The notes under the pieces are model-generated. The model ran no database searches. It was not told where the DNA came from and saw only the letters and a list, made by a program, of their open reading frames with translations. A DNA stretch of 63,740 bases, counting the filler, from Anaerolineae bacterium (GTDB lineage: Bacteria > Chloroflexota > Anaerolineae > Epilineales > Epilineaceae), in the NCBI GenBank assembly GCA_029262755.1. It is 4 parts of 4 records of this genome, joined end to end, with 100 filler letters (N's around TTAATTAATTAA, not from the genome) between each part and the next. Parts side by side here need not be neighbours in the genome. Positions count along the whole stretch, not along the records: positions 29,191 to 55,238 come from JAJCYU010000379.1; 3 more parts are not named here. One strand, written 5' to 3'. A program made the position numbers and the translations under genes. Below, piece by piece: positions 37,441 through 48,400 of the stretch. The number at the start of each line of letters is the position of its first letter. Within the stretch, counting starts at the first letter, position 1.

Positions 37441-39795
37441 ATGGTTACCCGCCCCACGGCGCCTCCGCCGCCTCCCCCACCCCTGTCGCCGGAGGCCTTT
37501 AACGCCGCCTATCCGCCCGCGCCCGGCAGCGCGCCGAAGCTCGATGCGGATGCGTTGCTCACCGGGCTGAACGACCGCCAACGCGAGGCGGTGACCCTGC
37601 CGCCCGGGCCCGCGCTGGTGCTTGCCGGCCCCGGCTCCGGCAAGACCCGCGTGCTGACCCACCGCGTCGCATGGCTGGTCGGTGTGGAGCGCGTGCCGAC
37701 GTGGCAGGTGATGGCGGTCACGTTCACGAACAAGGCGGCGCGCGAGATGCGCGCACGGCTGGACACGCTGCTCGGCGGGCACGCGATGGACCGGCTATCG
37801 ATCGGCACCTTCCACGCCACGTGCGCCAGGCTGCTGCGCGTGGAGGCCTCCGGCGCCGACATTCTGGACTTCGACGGGCGCTTCATTATCTTCGACTCAG
37901 ACGACCAGATTCGCACGGTCAAGCGCGTCGTGCGCGAGCTCGATCTCGACGACAAGCAGTACCGTCCGCGCGCGATCCTCGGTGCCATTTCGGCCGCCAA
38001 GAACGAGATGATCCGGCCGCGAGAGTACAACCCGCCCACCTACTGGCACGAGGTGGCGGGCCGTGTGTACGAGCGCTACCAGGCCCTCCTGCGCCTGAGC
38101 AACGCACTCGACTTCGACGATCTGCTGCTCGAGACCGCCACGTTGCTGCGCGACGTGCCGGCGGTGCGCGACAAGTACCGCGCTCGCTGGCAGCATGTGC
38201 TCGTGGACGAGTTTCAGGACACCAACTCCGTGCAATACCAGATGGTGCACGGCTTGGCCTCCGCCGAGATCGCGGACGCACCGCACAATTTGTTCGTCGT
38301 CGGCGACGAGGACCAGAGCATCTACCGCTGGCGCGGCGCGGACTATCGCAATATCCAACGCTTCCGCCGCGATTTTCCTGCCGCGCGAACCGTGCTGCTC
38401 GAACAGAATTACCGCTCGACGCAGACGATCCTCGATGCAGCCCAGGCGGTGATCGCCGGCAACGCCAACCGCACCCCCAAGGAGCTGTGGACCGACTCCA
38501 AGGGCGGCGCAGGCATCACGCTATTTGAAGCGTACGACGAAGGCGAGGAAGCGGCCTACGTCGTCCGGCGCATCGAGCAGATGAACACGCGTGGGCGCGA
38601 GTACGGCGACTTCGCGGTGATGTACCGCACCAACGCACAGTCCCGTGCCATCGAAGACGCGCTCGTACGACGCCGCATCCCCTACCAGCTGGTGGGCGCC
38701 ACGCGCTTCTACGACCGGCGCGAGGTCCGCGACGCGCTGGCCTTTCTGCGCCTTGCCCACAACCCGCTCGACGAGATGTCGTTCCTGCGTGTGCTCAACG
38801 TCCCGACGCGCGGCATCGGACCCAAAGCGCTCTCCTACGTCCAGGCGGTCTCGGACGAGTTCAACGTACCCCTTTGGAGCGCGTTGCAGTTGCTCGTGGA
38901 CGACGAGGTCGAGCGGGACTTACCTGGACTCGGACCGGTCGACAACCGAAGCCGTAATGCCCTCACAACCTTCCACACGATCATCGACGGCCTGCTCTTC
39001 GCGCGCGATACGCTCGAGCCCAGCGCGCTGCTCGGCCGAGCACTGGACACCAGCGGCTACGCGAATTGGCTGCGCGACGGCTCGGAAGAGGGCGAAGAGC
39101 GCTGGGAAAACCTGCTGGAGCTACGCGGTGTCGCCGAAGATTTCGGCGCGCTCCCGCCGCGCGAGGCGCTGTCGGCCATGCTCGAATCCGTCGCCCTCGT
39201 CGCGGACGTCGACGGCATCGCGGAAGGCGAGGACGGCGCGCAGCAAGGCGAACGCGTCACGTTGCTCACGCTCCATTCGGCCAAGGGCCTTGAATACAAG
39301 GTCGTGTTCATCACGGGCCTTGAAGAAGACACGCTGCCCCATTCCCGCTCCGCGAACGACCCGGAGGCGCTGGAGGAAGAACGGCGGCTGCTCTACGTCG
39401 GCATCACGCGCGCGGAGGAAAAGCTGCACCTGGTGCACGCCTTCCGTCGCTCGCTCTTCGGCACGACGGAAGTCCGCCAGCCTTCACGCTTCCTCACGGA
39501 GCTACCGCCGGAGGTCTTGACCCCAAGCGCAGCCCGCACTACCCGCAGCCGCAGCAAGGAGAGCAGTCCGCGCACCGAAGAGACGCAGTGGCGCAAAGCC
39601 CCGACCCGGGCGGGCGCGGCGGCAGGACGCACCCAATTCCACGCCGGCGACAAAGTGCGCCACGCTTCCTTCGGCGAAGGCATCGTGGTCACCAGCGCCG
39701 AACGCGACGGCGACGAAGAGGTCACCGTTGCCTTCGTGAAGGGCGGTATCAAGAAGCTTCTGCAGAGTTTCGCGAAGCTCGAACCGAGAGGATAG
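37441..39795 (+). CDS. pcrA: PcrA/UvrD superfamily I DNA helicase
   Basis: 'LAGPGSGKTRVLTHR', 'VTFTNKAAREM', 'VDEFQDTN', 'VGDEDQSIY', 'LEQNYRST', 'TLHSAKGLE', 'EERRLLYVGITRA', C-terminal 'GDKVRHASFGEG'. Confidence 0.96.
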   Translation: MVTRPTAPPPPPPPLSPEAFNAAYPPAPGSAPKLDADALLTGLNDRQREAVTLPPGPALVLAGPGSGKTRVLTHRVAWLVGVERVPTWQVMAVTFTNKAAREMRARLDTLLGGHAMDRLSIGTFHATCARLLRVEASGADILDFDGRFIIFDSDDQIRTVKRVVRELDLDDKQYRPRAILGAISAAKNEMIRPREYNPPTYWHEVAGRVYERYQALLRLSNALDFDDLLLETATLLRDVPAVRDKYRARWQHVLVDEFQDTNSVQYQMVHGLASAEIADAPHNLFVVGDEDQSIYRWRGADYRNIQRFRRDFPAARTVLLEQNYRSTQTILDAAQAVIAGNANRTPKELWTDSKGGAGITLFEAYDEGEEAAYVVRRIEQMNTRGREYGDFAVMYRTNAQSRAIEDALVRRRIPYQLVGATRFYDRREVRDALAFLRLAHNPLDEMSFLRVLNVPTRGIGPKALSYVQAVSDEFNVPLWSALQLLVDDEVERDLPGLGPVDNRSRNALTTFHTIIDGLLFARDTLEPSALLGRALDTSGYANWLRDGSEEGEERWENLLELRGVAEDFGALPPREALSAMLESVALVADVDGIAEGEDGAQQGERVTLLTLHSAKGLEYKVVFITGLEEDTLPHSRSANDPEALEEERRLLYVGITRAEEKLHLVHAFRRSLFGTTEVRQPSRFLTELPPEVLTPSAARTTRSRSKESSPRTEETQWRKAPTRAGAAAGRTQFHAGDKVRHASFGEGIVVTSAERDGDEEVTVAFVKGGIKKLLQSFAKLEPRG

Positions 39796-39997
39796 GCGCT
39801 CGAGGTTCGGGGGAGCCGCAGCGGCTGTTTCCACGGGAGTACACGTCCACGTGGCTCGCGATTTCGGACCGACACCGGGTGCCCCCATACGCTTCATACG
39901 CTAACGTCCCAGAAACCTACCCACGGCAACCCGGCTGGCCCGATATCGTAGACTGCAGCAACCGGGGGCGATCACACCCACGCCCCGAGGAGGAAGC

Positions 39998-40585
39998 ATG
40001 GACATCGGCGCCCTCTCCGCCGTATTGAGCGCATTCGGACTCTCAGCCTCGGCGGGGCTAAACGCATACATTCCGCTGCTGCTCGTCGCGCTCACGGCGC
40101 GCTTCGCGCCCGACCTTGTCGGCCTGTCGGGCCCTTACCAGGTATTGGCCTCAGCGTGGGTCATCGGCGCGTTGGTGGTTCTCCTCGTCGTCGAGGTGGT
40201 CGCCGACAAAGTGCCCGTCGTGGATCACATCAACGACCTCGCCGGACTAGCGATTCGCCCGGCCGCCGGCGCCATCCTCTTCGCCTCGCAAACCGGCGCC
40301 GTCGAGTCGCTCGACCCGACCATCGCGCTCGTCCTCGGCCTCTTCGTCGCGGGCGCCGCGCACGGCGCCAAAGCAACGGCCCGCCCCGTAGTCACCGCCT
40401 CGACCGGCGGCCTGGGCAACCCGGTGGTCAGCACGCTCGAGGACGTCGCGGCCCTCATGACGAGCATCCTCGCCATCCTCGCCCCGCTCGTAGTCGGCGC
40501 CGCAGCCATCGGCCTCACGGGGCTCGTCGCGCTGTGGTTCATGCGGCGCAGGCGAAGGGCGGCCCGGAGGGCGGCGGCAGCGTAG
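39998..40585 (+). CDS. DUF4126 family membrane protein
   Basis: 'SAGLNAYIPLL', 'EVVADKVPVVDHIND', 'IRPAAG', 'NPVVSTLED'. Confidence 0.88.
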   Translation: MDIGALSAVLSAFGLSASAGLNAYIPLLLVALTARFAPDLVGLSGPYQVLASAWVIGALVVLLVVEVVADKVPVVDHINDLAGLAIRPAAGAILFASQTGAVESLDPTIALVLGLFVAGAAHGAKATARPVVTASTGGLGNPVVSTLEDVAALMTSILAILAPLVVGAAAIGLTGLVALWFMRRRRRAARRAAAA

Positions 40586-40611
40586 CGGCGAGGCGGGACT
40601 CGGGTTCGCTC

Positions 40612-42645
40612 CTAGCGCGCGAGCCAAGGAAGCAACACGACCGGTGTCCCCGCATTCGGCAGCGCCGTCGGCGTTGCGGCCTGCGTGTCCTCGATCCGCC
40701 AAACCGAGACGCCCGCGAGGGTGTCCGCGACATAGATCCTGTCCTCGTCGACATCCATGTCCATCGCACCCCAGAGCATCGGAACGGTGGACGTGCGGGT
40801 TGGCCGGCCGTTCTCGGATAGGGCGAGGAGGTGCAACTCGTGCTCCATGAGGATCGCAAGGTGTCCATCGACGACGGCCATGTCTATGAGCGTATCCTCG
40901 CCATGCGGCAAGGCGTACCGGGATACAATACGAGGCGCCGCGGGCGTCGCGATGTCCACCATAACAAGATCGGTGTCCGTTGCGAGGTAGAGCTTGGCAT
41001 CGGAAACCGCTGCAAGAGCGGGCCCCGGTTCCAAGCCGTGTTCCATCTCCGACACGGGTCTGACCTCGTGGGGATCGGCGAGATCGAGCACTCGTAGGAA
41101 CGCTCCGTCCAAGACGAAGAGCATTGGGGCGCGCCACGGTGCCCCCCCAAATGCGCTCGCTCCCTGCTCTAACGCGGAAACATGTCGCAACTCGTTCCCT
41201 TCGATAACGCGGAAGAGCTCGACGACGGTGTAGATAACATCCACCCTGCGCGCGAGTCGGGCCACGATCGCGACGTCGTCGAAGACACGGACGTTGCGTC
41301 CATGAGACGCGAGCGGCGCCACACTCACGGTGATGGGCCGGCCGAAATCGCTTGCGTCGATGGCCACGAGTCGTTCGCCCAAGGTCGCAATGATCAGCCC
41401 GTCCTCCGGTCTGCCGTCGAATCCTCCACTCTCGACGCCTGCCAGAATGGAGGGGGCACCCAGCTCAGCTTGTCCTTGGCGTGGGACCGACCAGATCCGC
41501 GGGTCAGCTAGGGCCGACATGAGCACGCGATTCCCCGAGAGGCCCACCGTATCAACCATCATAGGCCCAGCATATCCGCCACGAATCGACATTGAGTCTG
41601 TATCCCCAACAGCGACGACCAATAGGCCAGGCTGGTCACCGGTCGCGATGTACAGATGCTCTTCTTCAACTGCCATCCGACCAAACCCGCCTACCTCCAA
41701 TCGGGAATCGGAAGGCATCGTACCGCTTCGTCGTGGACTCCAGTCCTCCGCCAACTCGTAGACGTGGATCTTGGCGTCGGCGTTCACGAACAGTCGCCGC
41801 TCGTGTGCTGCCAGCATGCCGGGGAATTCCGGCCCAATTGCGAGCCGCTCGACCTCGTCGAGTTGCCCTGACACATCGCGCTCGTACACGACGAGGTGGG
41901 TGCCGAGGCCCTCTCGTCGCGTGATCGCGATCAGCCGGTCTTCGATACTCACCAAGTGAAGAGGATCCGCTGGCAGGACCGTAACATGCAGAAGCCGAGG
42001 GGCGGTCGGATCAGCTATGTCATATGCGGCAATCAACGGCGCGTCCCGGTTCGCCGTGTTACCGGCGCCGACATAGATCGTGTCGCCAAACACCGCGACC
42101 CCCCGGGTCGGAGATGACAGCCTGATGGGTTCCAACTCACGTGATTCCAAAGGCTGTTGATCGTCGATCGCTACGATCCAGACCGATCGAAAGTTTCCGG
42201 AATCGCTAAAGATGATCGCGGCGCCTTCATGCATGAGTACGTTCTCGGCCCACGCGCCGGGCAGCGGATGGTGGGCGATGACGCGTGGCCCTGTGGGTTC
42301 CGAGACGTCCAGCGCGTAGAGGCCGGCATCTCCGGTCGCGACCCACGCGACATCCCCTTCCAGGGCAATGTCCTGGACGACACCTCCAAGTACGGGACCG
42401 CGGCCAAGCGCGAACGGCTTTGCACGATCGGTCACATCTAGCACGAATAGACGCGGTCCAACGCCAACAAAGGCTTGCTCGCCGCGCGCTGCGACGGCGC
42501 GTATGCCGCCTCCGAATTGGTCAACCTGCACCAGCTCTTTCTCAGCAAAAGCATTCGCCGGCGGATCCGTCGGACCCGGGATTCCCTGCACACAACACAC
42601 GAGGCAGACAGTCGCCAGCAACACGATAGGGCAGCGGCGATTCAT
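40612..42645 (-). CDS. Secreted LVIVD-repeat beta-propeller protein with C-terminal VLLP motif
   Basis: Signal peptide; 'LFVLDVTDRAKP', 'GLYALDVSEPTGP', 'LRVLDLADPHE', 'LVMVDIATPAAP'; ends VVLLPWLAR; visibly lower GC. Confidence 0.85.
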   Translation of the reverse strand: MNRRCPIVLLATVCLVCCVQGIPGPTDPPANAFAEKELVQVDQFGGGIRAVAARGEQAFVGVGPRLFVLDVTDRAKPFALGRGPVLGGVVQDIALEGDVAWVATGDAGLYALDVSEPTGPRVIAHHPLPGAWAENVLMHEGAAIIFSDSGNFRSVWIVAIDDQQPLESRELEPIRLSSPTRGVAVFGDTIYVGAGNTANRDAPLIAAYDIADPTAPRLLHVTVLPADPLHLVSIEDRLIAITRREGLGTHLVVYERDVSGQLDEVERLAIGPEFPGMLAAHERRLFVNADAKIHVYELAEDWSPRRSGTMPSDSRLEVGGFGRMAVEEEHLYIATGDQPGLLVVAVGDTDSMSIRGGYAGPMMVDTVGLSGNRVLMSALADPRIWSVPRQGQAELGAPSILAGVESGGFDGRPEDGLIIATLGERLVAIDASDFGRPITVSVAPLASHGRNVRVFDDVAIVARLARRVDVIYTVVELFRVIEGNELRHVSALEQGASAFGGAPWRAPMLFVLDGAFLRVLDLADPHEVRPVSEMEHGLEPGPALAAVSDAKLYLATDTDLVMVDIATPAAPRIVSRYALPHGEDTLIDMAVVDGHLAILMEHELHLLALSENGRPTRTSTVPMLWGAMDMDVDEDRIYVADTLAGVSVWRIEDTQAATPTALPNAGTPVVLLPWLAR

Positions 42646-42805
42646 GGGGGCGCTCCTGAGCGAACACGGTTTGCCCCCGTAGATTAGGAGGCTGCTCAGG
42701 AGTTAAACACGTGACGCACAGCCGTCGAGACACGTTCGTGTAGGCCGAGCTCGTCTCGCTCCCTGCCCCCGCCCCTCACCATCCTCTGTCCCACCCTGTT
42801 CTCCG

Positions 42806-45280
42806 CTACCGCGTGCCCCACGGCAGATGAATCCACGCGACCGGCACGAACCCAGCGCCGCCCAGCAGCTCGTCGACCGCGAAACCGCTCCAGTTGACGT
42901 CGTCGCTCACGCGATCGCCGCCGCCTTGGTTGGCGATGCCCATGCAGCCGTCGTCGGCGCCGGATGCGTCCTGGGGGCCGCCCTGGGCGCCCCACCAGAT
43001 CAGGCTCGCGGTTTGGCAGGTGTCGGGGTCCTCGTTCTGGACGCCGTACTCGCTGTTGCCGTGGATCCAACCGCGCTCAAGCACGAGCTCGGCGCCGCTC
43101 GCGCTATGCGCGCCGATGCGCAGACCCGTCAGGCGGGGAGCCGAAGCGTGCAGGGAAGCGCCGTCCACCACGCTGGCACCGATGCCCGCACCGTCGGCGC
43201 CGGCTACGACGAGCGCCTGCAGGCGGGCGCGGGCGCGCTCGCCGCGCACCAGGAGGTGCGGCGCCTCCGGCGCGGCGCCGGAGATCGCCAGACCGGCGCC
43301 GTCGCTCTCCAAGGTGCTGCCGTCGGACAAGACGATACCGCCGTGACCCGCCGTCGGGTCGGCCGCGGAGATCGTGACGTTGTCGCCGGCGTCTCCGTGT
43401 CGGAGGCGGATGGCGGCCCGGCTGTCCGCGTCGATTCCCAGACGCAGCTGCTTGCCCGGGCGCAGGACCAGGCGCAGCCCGCCGTGGATCTCGACGAGCG
43501 GGACGTTGCGCGCGGCAATCGTCACGTCGTTGTCGAACTCGACCGGACCACCGGGGTCAGCCCAGGTGGTCGTGCGCGCAAAATACTGTTCGTTGGCGCG
43601 CACGAGAAAATGGTCGATGCCGTTGTTCTCCAACGTGTTGCGGCTGCCCAGATCCAGCAGCATTTCTTCGCTGAGGATCACCGTGGCGAACTCGATGGGT
43701 ACCGAGAGGGGATAGCCCAACGCGCCGCGGAAGGTCGAGTGCAGGATGACGCCGGCCGCGTTGCCCCACTTGAGCATCGGCCCGTCGCTGCCGCCGTACT
43801 CCAGGATCACCCAGTCTAGGATGGCGTTCTCAGCCTCGTCGGAGATGGTCAGGCCGCGCCAGGCGCCCGGAGTTCCCGCCAGGCTGGTGAGGCGAACCTG
43901 ACCCGTGCCGGAAGCGCCCTCCGCGAACAGGATGGCCTTGCCGTGCTCGGGGTGGCCGATCTCGAGGCCGGCCCCTTCGGCGAAGGCCAGGTGGACGCCC
44001 GCCTCGAGCTTGAAGGTGATCGGCTGTTCCTTACCCGCCACGATCACATCGCCGTCGATCTCGTAGGGCACGCCGATATCGCTCCAGATCGCGCCCGATG
44101 TCACATCGACCTCGATGTCGGCGGCCAAGACGAGCATGCGATCGATCCCGTTCTCCGCGATGGCCGGCGGATCGTTCTGGGATCCGGGGCTCAGGCCCGT
44201 GACCATGCTGGACACCGCGGGTGCAACGACCGCCAGCGGATAGCCGAGGGCATGGCGCATCTCGAGCCCGATCGCGGACGCGAAGGGGTCCAGCACGTGG
44301 ATCATCGGGCGATCTCCGCGGCCGCCGTACTCCACACGCGCGTTGAACATGCTGTTGTCGAAGCTCACGTAAGGCGAGAGCGTGATGCCGTTCCAGCCAC
44401 CGGCCTCCTGGTTGGCTGCCGTGAGGCGCGCCATGTCGATCGGCGAACCGTTGAGAAAGAGGCCGCCGGGATTGTCGGCATCCACGCCGGTCACGAGGCC
44501 GCTATCGCCCTCGAACTCCAGCGTGACGCCGGGCCCGACGGTCAGCGTCGGCTGGTTCGGGCCGGCGATGGTCAGTGTCTTGTCCGCGGAGTCGATATCG
44601 TGCGGCGTGGTGATGCGGTAGGGGGTGCAGAAATCGTGCCAGGTTGCGTCGGAGCGTACGTCCATCGGCTCGTGGACGTAGAGCGCGATACGCGTGTCGC
44701 CCACCTGGCTCATGGCCAGCTGCGGACAGCGATCTTCCTTGCGCGTCACCTGCCCGATGCCGTCCAGGCTCGGCCCGAGCGAGGCTGCCGCGAAACCGAG
44801 GGCATGTCCCTCGCTCTGGCGAAGCAGCAGACCCGACATCTCCGTGCCCATACCGCGCACGTCGACCATGGGCACGCCGCCCTTACCGCCGCCGATGACA
44901 CGGGAAAGCACAAGGCGGCTGGGCAACGATCCCTCGTTGAAGCGAATCTGCCCCCAGAAGCCCGGCTCGCTTTGGTTCGTCGCGCCGAAGAAGCTGATGC
45001 TTGCCTCCGGCGTACCCACGGAAACCAGCTGCGAGCCCGACTCGATGAAGAGGTTGGCGTCCGCGGCAAAGCGGATATTCGAGCCCGGCTCGATGGTGAG
45101 CACGGAGTTGCGCACCGAGACGCCTTCGGAACAGACCACGTGCGGGCTATCGTCCCGCGACCAAGTCTCGTTGCTGGTGACCTGGCCGCAATGATCGAGT
45201 GCCAGGGCGGGGTGCGGCACCAACGCGGCAGCCACCGCGAGGGCGGCCGCCAGGGGCAGGATTCGGGCCATTCGCGCCAT
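42806..45280 (-). CDS. Secreted parallel beta-helix repeat protein with C-terminal IHLP motif
   Basis: Signal peptide (ALA); repeated 'TW...P....LTIEPG...F....L......L...G.....I....PG.W.GI' units; ends WIHLPWGTR. Confidence 0.82.
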   Translation of the reverse strand: MARMARILPLAAALAVAAALVPHPALALDHCGQVTSNETWSRDDSPHVVCSEGVSVRNSVLTIEPGSNIRFAADANLFIESGSQLVSVGTPEASISFFGATNQSEPGFWGQIRFNEGSLPSRLVLSRVIGGGKGGVPMVDVRGMGTEMSGLLLRQSEGHALGFAAASLGPSLDGIGQVTRKEDRCPQLAMSQVGDTRIALYVHEPMDVRSDATWHDFCTPYRITTPHDIDSADKTLTIAGPNQPTLTVGPGVTLEFEGDSGLVTGVDADNPGGLFLNGSPIDMARLTAANQEAGGWNGITLSPYVSFDNSMFNARVEYGGRGDRPMIHVLDPFASAIGLEMRHALGYPLAVVAPAVSSMVTGLSPGSQNDPPAIAENGIDRMLVLAADIEVDVTSGAIWSDIGVPYEIDGDVIVAGKEQPITFKLEAGVHLAFAEGAGLEIGHPEHGKAILFAEGASGTGQVRLTSLAGTPGAWRGLTISDEAENAILDWVILEYGGSDGPMLKWGNAAGVILHSTFRGALGYPLSVPIEFATVILSEEMLLDLGSRNTLENNGIDHFLVRANEQYFARTTTWADPGGPVEFDNDVTIAARNVPLVEIHGGLRLVLRPGKQLRLGIDADSRAAIRLRHGDAGDNVTISAADPTAGHGGIVLSDGSTLESDGAGLAISGAAPEAPHLLVRGERARARLQALVVAGADGAGIGASVVDGASLHASAPRLTGLRIGAHSASGAELVLERGWIHGNSEYGVQNEDPDTCQTASLIWWGAQGGPQDASGADDGCMGIANQGGGDRVSDDVNWSGFAVDELLGGAGFVPVAWIHLPWGTR

Positions 45281-45410
45281 GCGTGTTCTCCAAGACCGGG
45301 ACGGGGTTGCCGTACGAATTCAGGGCCATCGACGGCATAGCATAGCCCAAGGACTTAGCCACCGGTATACTACCGCGCGCTCCCCCACACCCCCTGGAAC
45401 GAGGAAGCTC

Positions 45411-48400
45411 ATGCCCTCTCGCGTCGCGCAATTCGCTGCCCGCCTGGTCGAGACCTGTTGGTTGGCGGCCGTCATGGTCGTGCCCTTGTTCTTCAACGTG
45501 TGGTCCAACCGGGTGTTCGAGCCGGACAAGCTCACCCTGTTACGCTCTATCGCCTGGATCATGGTGGCGGCCGGCATCGTCCTCTGGATGGAGAAGGGCC
45601 TGCCGCGCGGCGGCGAGGGCGGGATACGCCGCTGGTTCCGCACGCCCTTGGTCGCGCCGATCTTCGCGCTGACCGCCGTCTACATCCTCTCGAGCGTGTT
45701 CTCGCGGGCGCCGCGCATGAGCGTGCTCGGTTCCTACAACCGCCTGCAGGGCTTGTACACGTGGCTGGCCTATGTGGCCTTGTTCGCGGGAATCGTGGTC
45801 CTGCTCAAGCGTCGCTCGCAACTGGACCGGCTGATCCAAGCCCTGATCCTGCCGAGCATGCCGATCGCGCTCTACGCGGTTGTGCAGCGCTTCGGCCTCG
45901 ACCCGATGCCATGGCTGGGCGACGTCACGGTGCGCATCGCGTCCACGATGGGCAACTCGATCTTCGTCGCCGCCTACCTGATCATGGTGGTACCGCTGAC
46001 CATCGTGCGCCTCTTTGAAGCCCTGCGCTCCCTCGATGAAGACGAGTCCAGCGCCGCGGTGTTGCGCGTTGCGGGCTACCTGGTGCTCGTGTTCATCCAA
46101 GTGCTGGCCATCGTGCTCAGCCAGAGCCGCGGTCCGCTGCTGGGCCTGATGGGCGGCTGCTTCTTCCTGCTCCTGCTCCTGGCAGCCTATCGCGGACGCA
46201 AGGCGATGTTGGGCGTCCTGGCCGTCGGCACCGCAGCCGCGGTGTTCCTCATCGTGTTCAACCTGCCGGGCAGCCCGCTTGCGCCGCTACGCGAAGTGCC
46301 CTACATCGGCCGCCTCGGCCAGGTCTTCGAAGTGGGTCGCGGCACCGGCCGCGTCCGTGTCTTGATCTGGGACGGCGCCGTCGACCTGATCCAAAGCGAT
46401 CCCGCACGGCTGTTGGTCGGCCACGGTCCCGAGACCATGCACGTGGTCTACAACCCCTTCTACCCGCCGGAGCTGGGCAACCTCGAGAGCCGCAACGCGA
46501 GCCCGGACCGCTCTCACAACGAGGCCTTCGACGCCCTCGTCCAGACTGGGCTGCTTGGCTTTGCGGCCTACCTCTTTCTCTTCGTGAGTTTGTTCTACTA
46601 CGGCCTGCGCTGGCTGGGGATGATCGACAACGCACGCGAGCGCAACACCTTCCTCGGCCTGGTCTTCGGCACCGGCGTGTTATCGGCCGCGGGCTTCGAG
46701 TGGTGGACCCGCTCAGGCGATGCCGCCGGGGCGTGGACCTTCTTCGGCGTCGCCTTCCCCGCCGGCATGATCGTCGGGCTCATGCTCTACGTCGTGCTCC
46801 AAGCATTGCGCGGCGGCGAGGCGCCCCGCACACCGGGCCGGCTCTTGGTCGCCGGCCTGATGGGCGGGTTGATCGCCCACTTCATCGAGATCCACTTCGG
46901 CATCGCGATCGCCGCAACGCGCACACTCTTCTTTGCGATGTCGGGACTGCTGGTGGTCATCGGCGCCCTATCGGCCGGTCGGCCGGGCCTCGGTTTGGCC
47001 GACGATCTCGTCGAGGACGAAGCGGACGGGCCTACGAGCGCGGCACCGGCCTCTTCGGGTCGCAAGCGCAAGGGCAGGAGCAAACGTCGTAGCGCGATCC
47101 GCGGTCAGGGCACCTTCGTGCCCCCAGCGTGGGTATCGTGGATGTCGGCCGCCTGGCTGCTGCTGGTCGTGCTCGTCACGTTGACCTTCGACTTCATCGT
47201 GCGCTCGGAACCCGAGCAAGAGCAGCTCTTCGTGCTGGTCTGGCTTATCAGCCTCTCCTGGCTGCTCGGCGCCCTGATTCTCGGCAGCGAGGAACGTGTG
47301 CGCCATCCCGAGGGTGGCATCGGGCTCTTCGCCGGCCTGACGCTCGGCGTGCTCTCGATGTACGCGATCCTGCACTGGGCCACCCTTGCCACCGGCACGG
47401 GCGTCGGCGCAGCGACCAGCTCCGGCCTGCTCGTGATCTACTACGCCGTCCTGCTGCTCGTGCTGCTTGCGTGGGCGTGGACGTTGACCCAAGGGGACGC
47501 CCCGCCCCCCACCGCCATACGCGGCCATGCTAGCTGGCTCTACTTCCTGCTGGCGCTCGGCGCCGTCGCGGCATCGCTATGGACGAACGTGAACGTGGTG
47601 CGGGCCGATATCTGGTACAAGCAGGCCTTCGCCGGGTACCACGCCAACGCAACCTCCTTGGCCAACCGCGGGGACGCCCCCAACGCGGAGGCCAACTACA
47701 CGGCCGCCATTCAGAGCTATGACAAGGCCTTCGATTTGAACGGCGGCGAGGACTACTACCTGCTCTTCAAGGGCAAAGCGCTCTTGGAGCAGGCCGACGG
47801 CACGGCGGCCGGTCTCGACCGCGAACTGGCGCAAGCAGATGTGGCCCGCACGGGCTCGGAGTACGAGCTCGATGGGCTCCAGGCGCAGGTCCGGGCGCGC
47901 GACGACCAATTCGAAGCCGCCCTCGCCGTCCTCGAGCAAGCCTACGAGCTAGCCCCGCTAAACACGGACCATTCGGCCAACGTGGCGCGGGCATACCAGG
48001 TCTGGGGCGACCGCACCTACGACGCCGCGCGCCGTGCGGAGCGGCTCGCGGAGTCCGTGCGTTGGTTCGTCGGTGACCCGGCGGCGGGCATACCCGGCGC
48101 GACCAGCCTCAGCCCGCAGAACGCCGGCCTGCGCCGCGAGCTGGCGACCACGCAGTACCTCGCCGGCGACACCCAGGGCGCGTTGGCCACGATCGACGAA
48201 GCGCTGGCCATCGACAGTCGCTTCCTGCTTCCCTTGCGCCTACGAGCGACGATCCGCGTCGAGGAAGCCTCCGGAAAGGCGGCGGCAAACGACAGCGAAG
48301 GCGCGCAGGAGAGCTGGGAGCTTGCCCGTGCCGACTACCAGGCCTACACCGAGACGCGTGAAGGCGCACGCGATGCGACCGCGTGGAGCGGTCTCGCGCT

